In this document: positions 58,811 to 64,000 of the stretch, in pieces
Layout: every line of letters begins with the position of its first letter
Numbering within the stretch: position 1 is the first letter of the stretch
IMG/VR virus record: IMGVR_UViG_3300044712_001255
Location: 124,001-188,000 of that record
Reading direction: 5' to 3' (one strand)
DNA: 64,000 bases
Translations under genes and position numbers: made by a program
The notes under the pieces: model-generated
Databases searched by the model: none
What the model was told of the DNA's origin: nothing
What the model saw: the letters and a program-made list of their open reading frames with translations, nothing else

Positions 58811-60802
58811 GATATGAAAGTCATCAATGACGAAGTATCAGCTATACTACAAGAAGAGCGTCGACGTGACTCTACACGCCAACACTTCGCACCGAAGTTG
58901 CCGGACGGGTGGTCATACGACAAACAAGCAGAGTGCTTAGATGGACCCGCTATTCGCATTTACGTTGGGACCAGTGATGTGCAGGTGTTTGCTGGTCTTG
59001 ATGGAGGTGGTAGGATCCCCTGGCTCGTCCTACGCTGGCTTGCGTTTCATGGAGGTTGTGATGAGTGATAAATCATTAGTATGGCAAATAGTCTATGCCA
59101 CCACATTCTCGGCATTGGTGGAAGACTTACGAAAGGCGGATTTTCGTATATGGGGCGAACGTAGTCAACTACTTGAAGACAATCTTGATGCGGTTATCGA
59201 GGAAGCTACGCGCATCGCAGATGCTTCATTGAAAGGAGATACTCATGGATGAGTTCTGGCCGTTGGTCGCCCTTGTGACCATGCTTATGTGCGGATACGC
59301 AATTGGTATCGTTGAACGTTGGTTGTTGCGAGCTTCATATCGGGAGTTGGCAGATGATCTTCAATATTGGAAGACACGATATTGCGATATGTTTACGATC
59401 TCTGACGCAGAGATACACATGGCTAGAAGAGCGCAAGAAGAAGCAAAGACGCTACGAAGCGAAAGAAATTACTATGCAGAGCAACTTCAGAAAGCTCGAG
59501 GCTGTCGACATACGTGGAGTCGTCATGATCTCGATGGGAGACGATGATGAGTAATCCATTCATTATTGACGTAACAGAAACTGGCGATCGTAGACCGGGA
59601 CTCCCGTATCCAGTCACAGTTTTACTTACACCTGAATACATTGCTGATTTGCTGCGTTCTCGAGGCTACCTCGTGGCAGAACCGGGATCAGCCATGGCGG
59701 AATTAGTGTCGGCGGCCCGTCACATCGATGAGGGGTGGTATCCAGATCGGTGTTCAGAGCTGGGCGAGTTAGCACGCAAGGTCACCAAAGAACCCACCAA
59801 ATGACACGAGTATACATTGTGAGCTTGACAGTATATCCTGTTTCTTGACACAAAGAATTGTTTAGAGTGACATAGAGAACCAACAGAAGGAAAAAGAAAT
59901 GACAATTGACCAACACAATGAACTTCATATGATCCTGACGATCCTATGGTTGCTTTCGACTGCGGCGGCGATCTGGTGGTGGCGTCTGTCGATATTTGTG
60001 TTTCGTATCAATGATGAGCTGCTAGAACTCACGAGCAAGATGAATCAGCATACGCTTGATTCAGCGACAAAGATGCTTGAGATAGCAGCGCAGGCCAAGG
60101 CTAGGTACGAAGCCTCGCAGGAAGATGAGCGATGAGGCCAGTCAGTGCCAGCGTAATGGGATGGTTGCTTGGCTCCGATTATTGCATACGCAACATCGGA
60201 AGCAAGTTCATGATTGGTGTGATTCCGCTCCTTCCAGGCGTTGAGCGTTACGTATTGCGTGATAGGTTTCGTGATTCTTCTAGTGATCCTGATACGTGGT
60301 ATGCAACCATGTGGCGAAATGAGAGCGGTTCAATAATCATGTTGACGCTTTCTAACGAAGACGAAGATAATCTGACGACGCTGACGACCTATCGCGTTCC
60401 AGTTTTAGGATACGGCAGGTTGTTTGCCGAGGGTGGTTGCATTCCACCCGGGCTTGTTGGCTATGCATACGAGCTGCTGGACGCGTACCTGACAGTTGGG
60501 ACAACGCAAGATTGGATAAGAGTGAAGAGATGATGCAATCGCTTGACATAGCAATCAGATGGCTGGTGTTTATCGGGATCCTTCTTGTGAGCCCTGCGAT
60601 CATAATAGCGGTGCTTACACATGAGTCATCACACGCTGCAACGTCTTGCTGGGAACAGTGCGCAATTGACCGCAAGGTTTGTGAAATTGCGCTGAAGAAA
60701 CACAACTATCGACACTACAAGTTGGTGTGTGGCGTGGCACAATGCAACTGTGAGAAGTTGTGCAATGTTGAAGATGAAGCGATGGCATCGGTGGTAAAAT
60801 GA
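58805..60802 (+). other. Accessory ORFs 58805, 59061, 59245, 59544, 59899, 60132, 60530
   Basis: Coupled ORFs; 60530-60802 is TM + Cys-rich. Confidence 0.55.
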
Positions 60803-60943
60803 GTGATGATAGGTGTGATTGCCCACGTTGTCAGACAAGGCGCGCAAGATTTGGGTATATCGTAGCCGCTGCGACTGTGGTCTTTTACGTCGCTGTGATC
60901 GGTGTTTACGTTTGGAACCTCATAGAGGAAAGGAAACAGGACA

Positions 60944-61234
60944 ATGGAGACGTTTGATTTCGGCGTTGCACTCGTGAAGATGTCTCAGGGATATGCCGTT
61001 CGACGCGTTGGGTGGAACGGAAAGGGCATGTACATATTCATTACGACTCCAGCTTCTTTTTCGCCCGTTTTTGGAACGACAATGCACGCAGCTGAAAAGT
61101 TTGGCGATGATCAAATCTGTCAGGCAGATTTGCTACCATGTGTTGCAATGCGAACGGCAGACAAGAAAATCTTGCTTGGATGGCTCGCAAGTCAGACTGA
61201 CATGTTGACAAGCGATTGGGAGATCGCATCGTAA
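60944..61234 (+). CDS. DUF2829 / Tad2-like (Thoeris anti-defence) protein
   Basis: FDFG.AL..M..G..V.R.GWNGKGM.I...MRTAD...GWLASQTDML..DW. Confidence 0.8.
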   Translation: METFDFGVALVKMSQGYAVRRVGWNGKGMYIFITTPASFSPVFGTTMHAAEKFGDDQICQADLLPCVAMRTADKKILLGWLASQTDMLTSDWEIAS

Positions 61235-62242
61235 TGCAAAAGTACAGCATTCATTCGATCTCGTGTATTGATGGTGACGAGATCGTTCCGGGTGCAATGG
61301 TATGTCATTACATTGATCCGCTTTCTCGTGGCATGGTGGTATGGGTTGTTGATAACGATTGTGGTGTTGTCTGGAGCAAAGAACCCGTCAATCCTCTAGA
61401 CGGCATTTTCACAAAAATAAAGCCCGTTGGTATGTCAACAATCGCACAGCAGCTATGTTCTGTGCAACCTATGTCATTGCCCAGCGGATTGATATTCTAC
61501 ATTGATTACCAGTATGGCAAGAAAGTTGCAGATGGAAAGAATGACAAGCGCAGCAAATGCGCTCATTGGGGTAGAAGATCCTACATGCGAGATCGTACCC
61601 GGGATGCTCGTGAGTTCCCGTGCAGACGCAGGAAGTCTCGGCTTAGTAATCTCAGTATGCGAAAATAAGTGCGACGTGTTGTGGAGCGTTTTCCCACGTT
61701 TGATCATTGAAGCGCTTGATTTCACGTCAGAGAAGTTGTCAGTGAATTATTATATGGATTTTTCATGTCGTTAGTTGAATACACAAGTACAGCGCTTTCG
61801 CCAATTGACGAAGGCGATGAATTGAATCCTGGTGTGGCTATCACACATGATAAAGATAAAAGCGCTTATGGTATAATCGTTTCTGTTGACAAAGAAACTC
61901 GTGTGTGTTCAGTATTGTGGTCTCGCAAACCATTTACTGACATGTACCAAGACATTGATACTGGCACAATGCGTGATTTGATACATGCTGCGTTACGAAG
62001 ATGAATCAATGTTTCTTGAACGTACAAGAATATGGGATCAATTTTTGTTTCCGTGGAATGGAAACGATCAATATGAACCCGGAGATCTTGTTTATCGACG
62101 AGGCGATAGAAGATTGCTAGGACTTGTCATCTCGGTTGTCAATGAAGACATGACAATTTTGTGGAACAAACATAAACGCGGCGTAGGATTGCCTGTGCCT
62201 GGCGTGTATGTAAATATCTTTTCCAACATAGTGCAATCGTGA
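61234..62242 (+). other. Four tandem SH3/KOW-like ORFs (61234-61668, 61541-61774, 61765-62004, 61985-62242) with different C-terminal tails
   Basis: Shared PG-x-x-V...G-x-V-x-x-V...V-x-W core; the first tail matches a T4-like major capsid segment. Confidence 0.65.
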
Positions 62243-62264
62243 TCACCAAATGATACGGTGAATC

Positions 62265-63215
62265 ATGAGTTTAGGACTTTGTTGCCACTACCTGTCAGAG
62301 GTTCCAAATAAACGTGGGACATATCAAAACATCCTCAAACAACGTGTGTTGCAATTGGGTCGGTGGCAGGCTGGCGCGTATAGCGAAAAGTACGTGCGAC
62401 AGTTATACATCGACAATGTCAATACGTTGATTACGCAGTTGCCTGACATCTTCGAGCGTTACAAGGTATTTCGCTTTCCAAGTGGTATCTTTCCGCTTTA
62501 CGATGTCGTGCCACGCGAGTGGTGGGACAATGGCGTTATTACCACGATGCTCAGCGTATTGGGTAACATTGTCAAAGCGCATGGTGTCCGCGCGACATTT
62601 CATCCTGGACAATTTTGCTCTTTGACTTCTGACGATTCGCGTATCATTGCAAATTCTGTGCGCGAAATTAACCACCACGCGTGGATCTTTGATGAAATGA
62701 AGTTGCCTGCCACGCCGTTTCACGCTATCAATGTGCATGGTGGAAAAAGTGATAGGCAGGAACGCCTTGCGTTCATGTTAGACACGCATTCTGTCGGTCT
62801 TGATGAACATGAGTTATCATCCTCAGCGCGTGCTCGCATTACACTCGAAAATGATGAGTCATGTTACTCGGTTATTGATCTTCTTGAGATACACAAATTG
62901 ACCGGCGTCCCAATTGTCTTTGACTCTCACCATCACACATTCAATGATGATGGAATTGACATGGATCTTGCTTCCAAAGCATGCAAGGCGACGTGGTTGC
63001 CAAGCGGTTGCAAGCCGCTTCAGCACATCAGTAACAGCGATCAATTGCTTTCTGAATCAGCGTCGTTTATCAAGCGTCGAGCCCACAGTGATTACATCTG
63101 GCACATTCCTGAATGCCAGAGAATTGACGTAGTTAATGATATGATTAGCCTCGACGTAGAATGCAAGATGAAGAATTTGGCTGTAGACGCCCTCCAGAGG
63201 CTGTTGACTGGATGA
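62265..63215 (+). CDS. uvsE: UV damage endonuclease (UvdE/UvsE)
   Basis: LGLCC, FRFPSGIFP, FHPGQF, INVHGG, LENDE, FDSHHH, QHIS, HSDY, VECKMKN. Confidence 0.9.
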   Translation: MSLGLCCHYLSEVPNKRGTYQNILKQRVLQLGRWQAGAYSEKYVRQLYIDNVNTLITQLPDIFERYKVFRFPSGIFPLYDVVPREWWDNGVITTMLSVLGNIVKAHGVRATFHPGQFCSLTSDDSRIIANSVREINHHAWIFDEMKLPATPFHAINVHGGKSDRQERLAFMLDTHSVGLDEHELSSSARARITLENDESCYSVIDLLEIHKLTGVPIVFDSHHHTFNDDGIDMDLASKACKATWLPSGCKPLQHISNSDQLLSESASFIKRRAHSDYIWHIPECQRIDVVNDMISLDVECKMKNLAVDALQRLLTG

Positions 63216-63256
63216 ACACAACGCTCTAAAGATAGGAAAGAAAAGGTACAATACTT

Positions 63257-63544
63257 ATGAATGCGATGTCAGCGACCCGCAACCCCGACGCAGCTTCTCT
63301 TGGTCCCAATCAGACGGAGTTTCAGATCTACGTTGGCAGTAGGTCGCTCTTGAAAGATGGGCTTCACAAGCTTCTAGACTTCACAGAACACAAGCTTCTT
63401 AGATATGCAGAGAATGTTTTTGGTACCGAGAAGTTGAACGTAATGGTCTTGATCACAGAATATCGCAAGGGAAATGTGGCAGTGTGTTGGAAGCACGGCA
63501 AGCCACACTACATCCAGGTGAAACGAGAGTCTACTGGTCGTTGA
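63257..63544 (+). CDS. Hypothetical protein
   Basis: 95-aa ORF with a purine-rich RBS. Confidence 0.5.
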   Translation: MNAMSATRNPDAASLGPNQTEFQIYVGSRSLLKDGLHKLLDFTEHKLLRYAENVFGTEKLNVMVLITEYRKGNVAVCWKHGKPHYIQVKRESTGR

Positions 63545-63578
63545 GTACATTGATCTCAATGCGGTATAAGATTGCCGC

Positions 63579-64000
63579 ATGCTTGATGATTCAAAGTCAG
63601 ATAAGTCAACGCACGTCTTGTTTGGAGACGATGCAAAGAAAGCACTTTTAGCAGGCGCAGAGATTGTCGCCGAGGCTGTGGGTTGCACGATGGGTCCCCG
63701 CGGCAAGACAGTGTTGATTCAGCAACAGGGAAAGGCACCCGTCCTAACGAAGGACGGCGTCACCGTTGCACGATCCCTGCGTCTCAAAGATCCGGTGAAG
63801 CGCATGGGTGGCGACTTGCTTCGAGACGCAGCAACGCGCACCAATGAAGTCGCTGGTGATGGCACCACAACCGCCACAGTAATTTCGTATGCATTGATGC
63901 GCGAAAGTTACAAGCTGATCGCCGCTGGCGTTGATCCCATTGTGTTAGCAGATGACATCAAGAACGCATCAGAAGTTGCCCTGCGAACGTTGAAGGACGT
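63579..64000 (+). CDS. groEL: Chaperonin GroEL, 5' part (runs off the window; missing from the ORF track)
   Basis: Own translation: ...AVGCTMGPRGKTVLI...TKDGVTVAR...NEVAGDGTTTATV. Confidence 0.95.
   Translation, partial: MLDDSKSDKSTHVLFGDDAKKALLAGAEIVAEAVGCTMGPRGKTVLIQQQGKAPVLTKDGVTVARSLRLKDPVKRMGGDLLRDAATRTNEVAGDGTTTATVISYALMRESYKLIAAGVDPIVLADDIKNASEVALRTLKD

Noticed and set aside
1-64000. tRNA, rRNA or tmRNA genes
   Set aside because: No T-loop GTTCRANTC in a cloverleaf context was found by eye; a tRNAscan/Infernal run would be needed to exclude them.
1-64000. Most minus-strand and nested ORFs in the six-frame track (e.g. 44740-45393, 56642-57226, 27023-27493)
   Set aside because: They are antisense or out-of-frame shadows of motif-bearing + strand genes.

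Overview
This window is a 64-kb segment of a large (jumbo/huge) tailed-phage genome. It is gene-dense, almost all on the + strand, and about mid-40s % GC by eye. Replication and nucleotide genes: DnaE-type DNA polymerase, 5'-3' exonuclease, DEDDh exonuclease, thymidine kinase, dCMP deaminase and a dNMP kinase. A probable cytosine-hypermodification set comprises a T4 gp42-like dCMP hydroxymethylase, two glycosyltransferase-like proteins and an NDP-sugar epimerase. Repair genes: an MBD4-like glycosylase, UvdE and an RNA ligase. Candidate anti-defence genes are Apyc1-like and Tad2/DUF2829-like. The window also holds three Ntn/HslV-like proteases, a block of probable late/virion genes, lysis-like genes, a long accessory region with a GC-rich island, and a partial GroEL. 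The most unusual signal is a dispersed family of five ~90-aa genes. Each 3' end is a type I-E-like CRISPR repeat-spacer-repeat unit (28-nt repeat, 35-36-nt hairpin-forming spacer, period 63-64), so the spacer encodes the variable C-terminal peptide. No cas genes, tRNAs or reverse transcriptase were seen. All assignments come from motif recognition by eye; no searches were run.
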